Shown: positions 26,280 through 39,249 of the stretch, one piece after another
Numbering within the stretch: position 1 is the first letter of the stretch
Layout of the letters: each line of letters begins with the position of its first letter
Source of the DNA: Azolla caroliniana
Lineage: Eukaryota > Plantae > Polypodiophyta
DNA length: 64,000 nt
Assembly: GCA_043228905.1 (NCBI GenBank)
Contig: JBHGNT010000017.1
Coordinates: 7,192,001-7,256,000 of the forward strand
Reading direction: 5' to 3'
Position numbers and translations under genes: made by a program
Notes under the pieces: model-generated
Seen by the model: only the letters and a program-made list of their open reading frames with translations
The model's database searches: none
Told to the model about the DNA's origin: nothing

Positions 26280-28319
26280 TCAGTCGGCTTGTCTACTCAT
26301 AAGGCCAATCTCAGTTCTTTCGCTGTTGTGACTGATGCTTCTCGACCTCCATGTCGACATCAACTTTCGTTGCCTTCTCGTCCATTTGGCCTTCAAGTGA
26401 TTCGGCTCCTTCGAATCAAACTGTTCAACCGAGTCGGCTACCTCCAATTCGTTCCCACTCTTGTCGGAATTGGCTATCTCAAATTCATCCGGAATCTTCA
26501 GGCCCTTCACCACATTAGACCATGTCCTGGTCTTGGTCTTCATCTTCCGATCAACTATGTCCTTCTTGACTCTGCGGTCGCTGCCGCTTGTTCTGACTCT
26601 ATTGGATGTGCCGACTTCTTCAGTCGACTTGGCTCCCTTTTTCTCTGCTGCTCCCCTTGTTTTGTTCTCAATCTCTTTCTCTCTGGCTGCTTCTCCAATA
26701 CATGTTCTCCCCGTTCCTATTTCTTTTTTCCCCCTCAAGTGTGGCACGTCGAGATGTTGTAGCCCAAGCATCTTCAAAAAGTGATGCAACTTCTCGGATC
26801 CGAGTGGCTTGGTGAAGATGTCGGCAACTTGCCGATCAGTGCGAACATACTAGAGTTCGACTTCACCGCTCAGGACCTGTTCACGCACAAAGCGATAATG
26901 CACCTCGATGTGCTTTGTGCGAGCATGGAACACGGGACTTCGATCGGAATTGGAGTCAGTACTTCGATCTGGAGGTCTTGTAGCAGCCATCAAAGGCACA
27001 TGGCTTCACATGTCGTAGTGTTAGCTCCTCGATACTTAGCCTCAGTGCTCGACAGAGCCACTCTCGGTTGCTTCTTGCTGCTCCATGCAACAACCGCGCT
27101 TCTGAGAGAAAACAGAAATCCGGATGTTGACCAACGATCTGAGGCATCATTGGCCCGGTCGGCATCAGTATAACCGACTAATTGTTCGGTTATTCCGTGT
27201 CGGTACAACAGTCCCCGATCCTTAGTGCCGCTCACGTATCACAGTGGTCGATGCACGCACTGAAGGTGCTCCATAGTTGGGCGCTGCATGAATTGGCTGA
27301 TCACTCCGGCTGGATAGCTAATGTAGGGTCGGGTGATAGTCATGTATATTAGGCTTCCGATAATTTTTCGGAACCGTCTCTCATCGCAGGCCGTTCCGAA
27401 CTCGGGATGTAATTTCAAATTCCGGTCAAGGGGTGTCAAGACGGGTCGACAATCGGTCATGCCGAACTTGAATAACATATTCAACACATAGTGTCATTGA
27501 GACAATAATATGTTGTCGGGGGTGTGGATCACTTTGATCCCGAGGAAGTAGTGAAGGTCCCCCAAGTCCTTCATCTCAAATGCTCCCGAAAGTTGGGACT
27601 TCATGTGGCCGATTTCAGTAAGGTCGGGTTCGGTGACGACCAAGTCGTCGACATATAGTAGGATGCATACCAGACCTTTTGGACCCTTCCGGATGAACAA
27701 TGAAGAGTCAGACTTGGAGGCCGCAAACCCCATCTTATGCAACTGATGCGTGATCTTCGAGTTCCAAGCATGGGGGCTTGCTTTAGGCTGTAAAACGACT
27801 TCTTCAGTCGACACACTTCCGACTTGTTCATCTCCAACTGCAATCCGCGGGGTTGGATCATATACACTTGTTCTTCAAGGTCTCCTTGAAGAAACACATT
27901 CTTCACATCCATTTGGTGGGGATGCCACCCACTCGCCGTTGCGACTGCCAACACCACACAGACTGTCATCATCTTCGCTACTGGTGCGAAGCTCTTGTCG
28001 TAGTTGATTCCGTGGGTCCGTGCATATCCCTTGGCCACCAGTCGGGCTATGTACCAGTTGACCAAACCGTGGACGTTGTATTTTACCTTATACACCCATT
28101 TCCAAGCGATCAGTTTGTAGTGTCGAGGAGGGTCAACCAGGTCCCATGTGTCGTTGGCATCGAGCACCCACATTTCTTCCTCCATAGTGGCACGCCAATT
28201 CGCGTCTTTTGCCGCTTCTGCGTAGCTCTCCGGCTCACGCACTTCTGCGACCTTTGTCATGTACGCATAATGATGTGCTGTGTACTCATTATATCCATAC
28301 CGCATCACGGGGTTGTTTT
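26280..28319 (-). pseudogene. Element A RT-RNaseH (frameshifted) with C-terminal extension
   Basis: ARLVAKGY, HQMDVKNVFLQG, LLYVDDL, WSSKKQ, ADIFTKPL. Confidence 0.9.
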
Positions 28320-29270
28320 AGTTGAATGCGGGTCTCTAATGGACGTATTCACACAATCTCCTTTTGTACACACTAGCTCTAGGCTATTTATGTAAATAGT
28401 GAGAAGGGAAGTTGCCCTAAGATAGTCAGTATATAAACTGACTTTGTAACCTAATTTTGTTGGTTGAGATAATTTAGGTTATCGTGTGCCGTGCGTCTCT
28501 CCCTCTCTTTTGCTTATTGATCTTCCATCAGAAGAGTGTTGATTTGTTCCGCACTAGACGACTGCGTCTCCAACATCTGGTATTAGAGCTTGACGCTCTT
28601 TTGATTCTGCCGCTGCCTTCTATCTAGCTTCTATCAACAACTCTTCTTTTGTACACAATGAAGATCTCAGTTGGCACTCTCTACAAGATCATTTTCACGA
28701 AGAGAAACGTCGTCAAAATTTGCACCCCACTATTCTAAAACACCATTGAAGTGAGCCAATTGGTTGCACTTCACTCTTGTGATTGTAGCCGCTCGGAGTG
28801 AGATTTCACTTCACAAGCTCTGCCTCAGTCGAACTACATTGGATTAGACAACAATCGAATAAGTCACCTGACGCTAGTCACTCGCTTGTCGTAATCACTC
28901 GTAGTTGTTTGGGTTCCAGGAACAACCCCCGTCCGTGCCTCATTCAGCTAAAGTTTAGACAACATTCGGAAATATTACTTGTATCTATTCTTCTCATTGT
29001 CGTTGTCACTTGAACCAGTATTGGCCTAAATAATTGGCACATACTGTGGTCGAAAATCTCGAAAATCGACATTTGTAATCGAAACGACATACTTGGGTCC
29101 AACTCGACTAGGCTAGTCAGCCGTAGTCACTTCGGATCGAGTCTCCCGAATTTCGAATCAGATTCGGCTTGTGTTCAAACTCGACTAGAACGAATTCAGG
29201 TGAGCCAGTCTGTCGCACCCAACCACTGTTCGTAGCCAACTCCGAACAAAGCCTCCCAAAATCGAGATAG

Positions 29271-31896
29271 ATGGCATCAACCTTCGGCTCATCAAAGATG
29301 AGTCTAAGGATGTTCGACGGATCGAACTTCAATTTCTGGAAAGAGCAGATGCAAGAGTATTTAATAGTTGAGGGGCAAATCGACCCCATCGAAAACGAAA
29401 ATGCTTCAGAAGCATTGTTGTAAAATACTTGGCATAAAATACGCGTACAATACGTATTCTAAGTATTCTACAAATATTCTAACTTAATTTTTTTAAATAC
29501 TTAGAATTTACGTAGAATACGTTTAGAATACTTGTAAAATACGTTAAATACTTCTTAAAATTTTAAGTTTTTTTTTCAAAAAAAAGAAAATATTTTTTGA
29601 AATGATAAATACTTGTTAAATACGTTGAATACGTCAAATTTTTAGAATACGTAGAATACGTAGAATACGTCAAATTTTAAAAAATGGCAGTTCTAAAACA
29701 TAGAATACGTGTAGAATACTTCAGAGTATTCTAAAACGTACTCTAAATGTAGAATACGCATTTTTTAACAACTATGTTCAGAAGGATACAAGCTGCTTGA
29801 AGGGGAGAAGCTCGACAGAATTGTTAGAGCCACTATTTGGATGCACCTATTAGAGTCTGTGTACTTTACGGTGCAATCGTGTTGGACTGCCTTCCAACTA
29901 TGGAAGACGCTTTCGAACACTTACGAAAAGAAGGTCGCTGCCACAAAGATATATTTGATACGATGCCTCTATAACCTTTGGATGAAAGTATCTGATTCGG
30001 TCCAAGCACACCTCAATGAGTACGAAAGTCTAAGCTCCCAAATTTCGGCTCAAGGGACGACTATCGAGGATGAACTAAGAGCAATGTTGCTTATGAGTAG
30101 TCTGCCCCCTTCGTGGGAAACTTTCTTTACAACCATGTGCAACGCATCGACTGCGGCTGTTAAATACTCCTCAGTCACGAGCACAATTCTGACTGAAGCA
30201 GCTCGGAGGAAATCGTTTGCAAACGATTCGGCCAATAACGCGTATGTAGTACAAGGTTTGACCGACCAATCGCGTATGTAGACATTCTGACTCAGTTTGA
30301 GTTAGAAATTCGCAGCACTACGCGATTATCGGAATTGGCACAATAGAGCTCAACCTTCCGGGTGGCTCTACATTGGTACTACATAATGTCCGACATGTAC
30401 CTAAGCTCTCAAGACCTTTGATCTTATTCGGACAATTAGACGAAAACGACATCCATGCGGCCTTCTCATCAGGAGGGTGGACACTCCACAGGGGGAACCT
30501 CTTGCTTGCTCGAGGACCGAAAGTGCACTCGATGTACCCGTTATATGTCACACTCAAAGAGGGTGACTTGTTCTTGTTCGACATTCCCATGTCATCACTT
30601 TGGCATGGATGACTTGGACACCTCAGCAAGGCCGACATCACGCATTTATCTAGAGTCGGATGCATCCCTAAACTCTCCTTCTCTAATTATCAGTTCTGCG
30701 AGCATTTCCAGTACGACAAACATATAGCCGCATCACATCCGACATCAACACCGAGAGAATTGGGTCCCCTCGATTTGGTCCACTCGGACGTCTGTGGTCC
30801 TATGCAACATCAGTCTCTCAGCGGTGCCTTGCATTTCGTCGGCTTTATTGATGACTTGACTCGGAAGGTGTGGGCTTACCCAATTTAAACTAAAGATCGA
30901 GTGTTCTCGATTTTTTCCGATTGGCTCGCTATGGTCGAAAATCAGTCCGGCCGAAAATTGAAATGCTTTTGGACCGATAACGGGGGAGAGTTCAAATAAG
31001 AGGAATTCGTCAGATTTTGCCAACAGTGCGGCATAAGATGTGAATTTATGGCACCATATAGTCCAAAGCAGAACGGAATTGTCGAGCGGATGAATCAGAC
31101 AATTCAAGAAAGGATAGTTTCCATGCTCCAACACTCCGGACTATCGGATGGCTTCTGGGCAGAGGCACTGCTTACGATAGTACACATAATCAATATGTCG
31201 CCAAGCAAGCCTCTAGGACTCCCGATAACTCAGGAATTATGGACCGGCAGTAAGCCGAATTACGATAAGCTGAGGATTTTCGGGTGCGAGGTGTACGCGC
31301 TCATCTCGAAAGATGATCGCCGCAAACTTGCACCAAGGTTCAGGAAATGTATTTTCCTTGGTTATGGACTAGATGGTGAAATTGGCTACCGACTTTGGGA
31401 CCCTAACCACAGACAAATCATTCGAAGTTCGGACGTAGTCTTCAATGAGTCGGTCATCCACCAATCGACCGAAAAGCAGATCGAAGTTCAAAGGGTAACT
31501 TTTTTGGATATGCCAACCCTTCACGAAGGCCCAACACACAACACAAGGTCAGCTTCACGGGTAGCCGAAACCTCTAGTACCGACTCGGCAGCATCCGACT
31601 CGGCACAACCGAATGTTTTGGCTTCAGATCATCCGATTACGACACCTGATGCGACTAGTCCGGGGAACCGACGTCATACGAAGAAGCATCAGCATCAGCC
31701 GATTTGGCCACATGGAATTTGGCCATGGAATCGGAAATGAACTCCATTCGTGCAAACAAAACTTGGGACTTGGTCGAATTACCGGAGAATCAACGCGTTC
31801 TCTTGTGCAAGTAGCTCTTTCGAGTTAAAGAGACGACTGATTCGGCCACCCCAAAATCAAGGCCAGACTAGTAGCTAAGGGGTTTCGATAGGAATA
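29271..31896 (+). pseudogene. Element B gag, partial PR, integrase and RT start
   Basis: FDGSNFNFWKEQM, LLMSSLPPSWETF, VHSDVCGP, TDNGGEF, QNGIVERMN, KCIFLGYG. Contains stops and internal deletions. Confidence 0.88.
29413..29776. mobile_element. hAT-family MITE (364 bp) inserted in element B gag
   Basis: Perfect 8-bp TSD TTCAGAAG (29405-29412 and 29777-29784). Imperfect TIR CATTGTTGTAAAA / CATAGTTGTTAAA. Many (G/A)AATAC(GT) and GTATTC subterminal motifs. Removing it restores the gag frame (NASE|GYKLL). Confidence 0.9.
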
Positions 31897-34800
31897 TGTT
31901 GAGAATCAAGCTCAACTTGGTCTAGTGTGTGAACTAACCTTGAGAGTGAATAGACACTCCAATGGTCAAGAGTCACCATTATGTCACCACTTTGTATTCT
32001 AGTATTTAGTGAGTCATAGAATCATATTCTATGACACATAACTTATGAGCTTTCACATTCCCCATGCTCCATGAGTCTTGTAGTTAATGAAGAGAGAGGG
32101 TGACTACATAAAGCACCCTCCTCCCACCTTGTATAATGTTGAGTCTTTCTCCTTTGTCAATATACTTTTACCTTGCATATTCTCTGTGTTTCACTCACTC
32201 ACTCTCTCTCTCTCTCTTACACACACACATAACTCTCATCTCTTCCGCTTCACAAGAATCCATCTCTTGATTCTTTACATGGTATCAGAGCGATTTGGTA
32301 GCTCGATCTAGCCCATTCGCCTCATCGTGATCGTGTGTTGTGCTCTACACCGACGACCAAGAATCGGCTCATAGCTCGCATTCGAATAGAGAAGAAGAAG
32401 AAGAAGAATCGACATAATGATTACTCAAATGGGGAGCGCTCTCCCTACTGAGAAGTTGGATCGAAACAACTGCACATCTTGGGAGTACAAGATGCACCAA
32501 TACCTTGTCGAACAAGGCTATCGGAACTACATCAAAGGAGCGCATGAAGACCGACCCGCTGAAGAGGCTCTCGGATACGCGACATGGGAGCAAGCCACAA
32601 GTCGCATGCCGCGTGATGTATTGTTTGGAGACATGTGTTTACAACCACATGCTCGGTTACATTCGAGAAGCCAAGACGCCGAAGGAAGCGTGGGAAAATC
32701 TACGAAAGATTTTCACCGCCAACACGACCACGAGGAAGCTTCAACTCTGCCAAGAGTTGAACAACATTCAACAAAGGGACATGTCCATCACAACATACAC
32801 CTTGAAGATCAAGGAGCTTTGCGACTCGCTCAGCTCAATAAGCGTAAGTATAGATGATGATGAGATGGTGCAAATATGCCTCGGCGGCCTCGCACCACGG
32901 TTCGGCGCGATGCGAACCGTTGTTCTAGCACGGGAGAAATATCCCTCGTTCTTCGAGCTCCAATCAATGCTATTGGTCGAAGAAAACCACGTGCGTACAA
33001 TGAGCAATGAGTCGGAAGGCCACATGCTCTACATGCAGTCTAATGGAGGAAGAGGACGCGGACGAGCGAGAGGCTGATTCGGCCAAGGACAAGGCGGACG
33101 AGGTCCGACCTACGACAACAACTCCCAATTTCGGCTGCCTAAAGGAGGCCAACGAGGAACCTTCGCAAGAAGGGGGAGCTTCCACTCCGGCCCAAGCCGT
33201 CAAAACGCAACCGAATGCGGATATTGCGGAAAGCTCGGCCACCAAGAAGAAGAGTGCCGAAAGAGGATGCGTGAATTGGCGTCCACAAGCCGACAACTCA
33301 CGAATTACGCGCACAATTCCGACTACGAAGAGTATAGCGGAATGTACGGGCACAACTCCAACTACGAAGATCGTGGCGGAATGTATGCACACAACTCCGA
33401 CCGTGGCGGAATGTACGGGCACAACTACGAAGATCGTGGTGGAATGTATGCGCACTACTCCGACCGTGGCGGAATGTTCATGATGAAACATAGAGCAAAC
33501 TCTATGTCGGCCGCTACCTCAACTAGTGCCTCCAGTTCGGAAGACGTATGGTTCGTCGATTCCGGTGCCTTGAACCATATGACATCGCATCAAGAATGGT
33601 TCCGAGAATTTCGAGAGCCAGACCGACCCGGCTATGTCGAAACCGGAGACGACACTATGCACCCGATTTAGCACATTGGCAATGTTTCGTTCGGAAAAGA
33701 AGGTAAGCAAAATTATATTAAAAATGTCTTGCATGTACCGACCATTACGAAAAATTTGGTCTCCGTCGGCCAAATTGTAGAGCAAGGGATGCAAGTTCGA
33801 TTTAATCAAGGCGGTTGCTTCATCGAAAAAGAGGGCCGACTCATCGCACGCAGACGAAGAGAGGACCAAATGTTCATTCTCGATTCATGCGAGATGAAAT
33901 CCGCCATGTTCGCGAAAAACACGAAAGCCGACTCCAACATAGAGCTATGGCACAAGCGAATCGGCCACATCAATCTCAACAAACTCAAAGCAATGAAATT
34001 GAAAGGAGTCGTCATCGGACTCCCGACATTCAAAGAGAAGGAGATTGAAGGTGTATGCGAAGCGTGCCAATTCGGCAAGCAACACCGACACCCATTCCCG
34101 AAAGAGCGGAACGTGAGCAAAGGTCTCCTCGACGTAGTCCATTCCGACGTATGGGGAACAGCGCAAACGGCTACATTCGGCGGATGCCAATATTACGTGC
34201 TCTTCATCGATGACTTCTCTAGGCACACTTGGATCTACCCGATGCGGCAAAAGAGCGAAGTGTTCGGACACTTCCAAAATTTCAAGAATGAAGTCGAGAA
34301 AGTCACGGGCCGACATGTACGATGCCTTCGATCGGATGGCGGCAAGGAATACTTCTCGGACGATTTCACGGCATATCTTCGAAAGGAAGGAATTCGGTGA
34401 GAATTCACTTGCCGACACACTCCGCAACAAAACGGAGTAGCCGAGCGCAAAAATCGGCACATCCTCGAAGTAGCGCGGGCCATGATGAACGAGAAGCATA
34501 GGCCCAAGTCATATTGGGCTGAAGCTGCAAATACGGCTGTCTACCTAATGAACCGGTGCACAACATCCGGTGTGCACGAGGTCACTCCGCACGAAAAATA
34601 CTTCGGAAAGAAGCCGGACTTATCGCACATCCGGATATTTGGCGCGATAGCATACATGCACATCCCCGATGAGAAGTGCCAAAAGCTTGACCTGAAGTCG
34701 GAGAAATGTATCCTTGTAGGATATTCACTGGAGCAAAAGGGGTACAAGTGCTACAACCCCTCAACTCGAAAATCTCGAGTAAGTCGAGACGTTGTTTTTG

Positions 34801-37375
34801 ACGAATCAACATTCTGGTACGTACCAGAGACAACTTCGACTCCGACTCCGCTCGACCTGGAATCCACTGAACAAGAGATAGAGGATGAAGATCGCCTTAC
34901 GCGCATGATCGAAGAAAGTCCGATCACGACTCGACTGAGCGGGCCATAAGAGCCTTTGAGCGATCAAAGCACATCACGGCCTAGCCCGAAGATGGACAAA
35001 GGCAAGGCGAAAATGGCGGAATACGTAGACGATTGCATCAACGATGATGAGTCAACTCACTCACTCGACAGTGAGTTCGGCGGCTTCGATGTTCCAATCG
35101 GAGCTAAGAAAGCCCTCATCTCTACAAATGAAAAGCTCCGCCGATCCACCCGTGAAAAGAACCCCGTAAGCTGATTCGGCTACAACGATTATATGGCGTA
35201 CCATTACGCCTTTATGATGAAGGTAGCGACAGTACGGGAGCCGGAAACCTTTCCCAAAGCCACGAAGGACCCGCGATGGATCGAAGCAATGAATGAGGAG
35301 ATGCAGGCACTACGGAAGAACGAGACGTGGGATCTTGTTCCCACCTCACCACACAAAAAGGCGATCAGATGCAGATGGATCTACAAGGTGAAGTATAACG
35401 CCGATGGCTTCGTAAACCGCTACAAAGCTCGACTCGTAGCGAAAGGATGCGCTCAAACGCATGGCGTTGACTACGAAGAGACCTTTGCCCCGGTGGCAAA
35501 GATGACGACGATACGGACCGTAATTGCAATTGCCGTGGCGAAAGGGTGGCATCTCCATCAAATGGACGTCAAGAACGCCTTTCTACAAGGCAAATTAGAA
35601 GAGGAGGTGTACATGATCCAACCACTCGGCTTCAACTCGAGCACCCATCCGAAAGCTGTTTGCCGACTCAAGAAGCCACTCTACGGCCTCAAGCAAGCAC
35701 CGCGTGCTTGGCATTCGAAGATAACGCAATATCTTCATCAAATCGGCTTCCGTATGTCAAAATTGGACAACTCCCTCTACACACGAAGCGATTCCGCAAG
35801 TCAGATCGTCATCATTTTATATGTGGATGACCTAGTCATTGGAGGTGAGCATCTCGTCGAAATCAATAAAGTCAAATCCCTCCTTTCCAATAAGTTCAAG
35901 ATGACGGACATGAAGGAGCTCCACTACTTCCTCAACATCGAGGTAATTCGGACTCCGGCCGGAAGCATGATCTCTCAATGGCACTACATCCTCAACTTGT
36001 TATACAAGTTCGGGATGGCTGAGTGCAAATCCACGACAACCCCGCTCAATCGCAATCTCAAATTCAATGCGAACTCCAGCACCAAAGCGTGTGAGCCGAC
36101 TCAGTATCGGCAACTCATCTACCTCACAATCACACGACCTGATCTCTGTTATCCAGTCAGTCTCCTTAGCCAATTCATACAAACACCGTGTGATACTCAC
36201 TTGGATTGCGCTAAGAGAGTTCTACAATACGTGAGCGGCACAATGGATTGCGGCATCCTCTACAAGACCGCGATGCCAATACGACTCGAGGGTTACACAA
36301 ACACCGATTGGGCCGGCTACAAAGCCGATAGAAGTTCAACCTCCGGATTTGTTTTCTCCCTCGGCAGCGGAGCAATATCCTGGAGTAGCAAGAAGCAGCC
36401 TACTGTCACTCTTTCGAGTACGGAGGCGGAATACAGGGGTGCGGCCGTAGCTGCATGTGAAGCTGTATGGCTCAAAAGGATACTCAAGGATCTGGGCGTA
36501 CCCATCAAGGATCCGACTTCCCTTTACTGCGACAACATGAGTAGTATTTATCTGGCTGGCGATGTTGACCTACAACACATTAGCACCAATCTTCAAACGG
36601 CCGACATCTTCACTAAAGCCTTAGGAGCCGACAAGCTATGGCAATTCATGACCGATCTCGGATTGACGATCCCTGACCTGCCAAGCTTGAGGGGGAGTAC
36701 TGAAGACATTACGCAATAACGTGTGGATTCAGCAAACCACACACACTACGCAATAAAGCGTGGATTTCACAACCACGCAACGAAGCCGTGAAGAGCCGAT
36801 GCACCGCACAAAGCCGCGAAGAAAGACGCAAGCCGAAGCATAGACTTCACAACTACGCAAAACGCAAGCTGGAGCACGGATTCCGCAACTCCGCATAAAG
36901 CGAGTCGACGCGAGTCAATGCGGACTCTGGAACGCGAGTCGAAGCGGATTTCGGATACCATCTGAAACCGACCCGACTTGAGCTTGAGGGGGCGTGTTGA
37001 GAATCAAGCTCAACTTGGTCTAGTGTGTGAACTCACCTTGAGAGTGAATAGACACTCCAACGGTCAAGAGTCACCATTATGTCACCACTTTGTATTCTAG
37101 CATTTAGTGTGAGTCATAGAATCATATTCTATGCCACATAACTTATGAGCTTTCACATTCCCCATGCTCCATGAGTCTTGTAGTTAATGAAGAGAGAGGG
37201 TGACTACATAAAGCACCCTCCTCCCATCTTGTATAATGTTGAGTCTTTCTCCTTTGTCAATATACTTTTACCTTGCGTATTCTCTGTGTTTCACTCTCTC
37301 TCTCTCTCTCTCTTACACACACACATAAATCACATCTCTTCCGCTTCACAAGAATCCATCTCTTGATTCTTTACA
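31897..37375 (+). mobile_element. Ty1/copia element C (youngest) inserted in the RT of B; LTRs 31897-32279 and 36995-37375
   Basis: Near-identical LTRs. Perfect TSD GAATA. PBS TGGTATCAGAGC at 32280-32291. PPT GAGGGGG at about 36986. Confidence 0.96.
32417..36719 (+). pseudogene. Element C gag-pol polyprotein (gag, CCHC, PR, IN, RT, RNaseH), disrupted
   Basis: WFVDSGA, LWHKRIGH, CEACQFGK, HSDVWG, RSDGGKEY, ILYVDDL, ADIFTKAL. Frameshifts in gag and in-frame stops near 33669, 34398, 34947 and 35172. Confidence 0.93.
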
Positions 37376-37380
37376 GAATA

Positions 37381-38711
37381 CAACATCGATTTCGTCGAAA
37401 TCTTTTCACCAATGATGAAAATGATGACCCTTAGACTCATGCTCGGCTTCGTGGCAACCGAGGACTTAGAGCTGATTGAGTTAGATGTCAAAACGACATC
37501 CCTCCATGGTGATCTAGAGGAGGAAATTTATATGGAACAACCGAAAGGCTTCGTTCACACCCAACCAAGAACATCTAGTTTGTCGACTCAGGAAGAGTCT
37601 TGATGACTTGAAACAGGCACCACGACAGTGGTATAAGAAGTTCGATGACTTCATTCAATCGGTTTCCTTCTCGAAGAGCACTGAGGACCATTGTCTCTTC
37701 ATGAAAACTGCCCGAGGTGGGTCACTCATCTTCCTCATCATCTACTTGGACAACATGCTAATCTCCAGTCGGCAAGCTGGAGAGCTTGCCGATCTCACTC
37801 GGCAACAATGGTTAAAGTTTGCCATGAAGGACCTCGGTCCGGCAAGACACATTCTCAGCATGAAAATTAGTCGAAATCGAAATCGAAGACAATTGTTAGA
37901 CGTGTCCTCGAACGCTTCAACATACAATCGGCAAAATCTGCTTCGACCCCGCTTCCCATCAGCCTTCAGCTGTCTCACTGAGATTGCCCGACATCCGATT
38001 CTGAGGGGGAAACTATGAATTCAGTACCGTATGCACTGACAATCGGCTCCCTGATGTACGTGATGGTTGCAACACAACCTGACATTGCTCACGTCGTAGG
38101 AGTCGTCAGCAGATTCATGCACAACCCTGGCTGATTGCATTGGAACGTAGTAAAGCATGTGTTCAGATATCTGGTGGGCACAAAAGACCTTGGCATTCTA
38201 TTCGGTCCGAACGACACTTCAGGCGTAGTCGGCTACACCAACTCGGACTTCGCCGGTTGTGTGGACAGTTGAAAATCGACAACCGGATACTGTTTTAAGT
38301 TTGGCAATGGAACAATATTGTGGAAATCGAAAATTCAGGAGTGCATTGCCACATCAACAACCGAAGCCGAATACGTAGCTGCATCCGATGCGGTAAAAGA
38401 GTCCTTATGGATTGGTCGGTTGGCTTGCACATTTCAACAAGTCGAATCCGACTCAGCTCCAGTTGTCTATAGTGACAGTCAAGGCGTTGTCACTCTATCG
38501 AAAAATCCAGTTCATCACAACACCTCTAAGCACATTGTTGTTTGATATCACTTTGTTTTGGACTGCGTCATTTCAAGGAAAATCGGCCTCAAGAAGATAT
38601 CTACAACGGCCAGCCGATAATGTCGCAGATGGGATGCCCAAGTGTCTTTCGGTGGATCGATTCCGATCCCTTTGGCACCAGATGGGCGTAACGAAGAATC
38701 AGTTCGATTAA
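37381..38711 (+). pseudogene. Element B RT-RNaseH remainder
   Basis: ELDVKTTSLHGDLEEEIYMEQP, KQAPRQWY, IYLDNML, STTEAEYVAA. Confidence 0.88.
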
Positions 38712-39249
38712 GTCAGACACTTAGGATGCTTTCGAATAATCAACTTCGACACTCCGAAGTTTGGGTTTAGCTTCCCCAAACTTGGTTAGTTCTGCCTTTA
38801 GTTTTTTTCGAAGTTCACCGACTCGAACGAAATTTCGATTTGTTCGAAAACTTTGTATCTACAATCAATCTATATTGTACATTTATTTCGATTTACAGAA
38901 TTTCGATGTATACACCCATTACTGGGGAGTGTGGAATGCGGGTCTCTAATGGACGTATTAACAAGTCTGTATCCTTTTGTACACACTAGGTCTAGGCAGT
39001 TTATGTAAATGGTGAGAAGGGCAGTTGTCCTAAGTTAGTTAGTATATAAACTGACTTTGTAACCTAGTTTTGTTGGTTGAGATAATTTACTTCATCTTGT
39101 GCCCGGCGTCTCTCCCTCTCTTTTGCATTCTAAGTGGATCATTGTTTTATGTTTCTGTTGCTATCAATCTACCTTGATTGTATCTGCTTATTGATCTTCC
39201 CTTAGAAGAGTGTTGATTTTTTTCGCACTAGACGGTCGCGTCTCTAACA

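Larger units (their letters stand above)
28320..39249 (+). mobile_element. Ty1/copia element B inserted in A; LTRs 28320-28575 and 38930-39249
   Basis: Paired LTRs; the 5' copy has a deletion of about 60 bp. PBS TGGTATTAGAGC at 28578. PPT GGGGAG before 38930. The flanks rejoin A's STRQK-NPV reading. TSD is degenerate. Confidence 0.9.

Noticed and set aside
33945-34507. Antisense ORFs over the copia integrase (and over CORD/TOR1L exons)
   Set aside because: They are shadow frames of real coding sequence.
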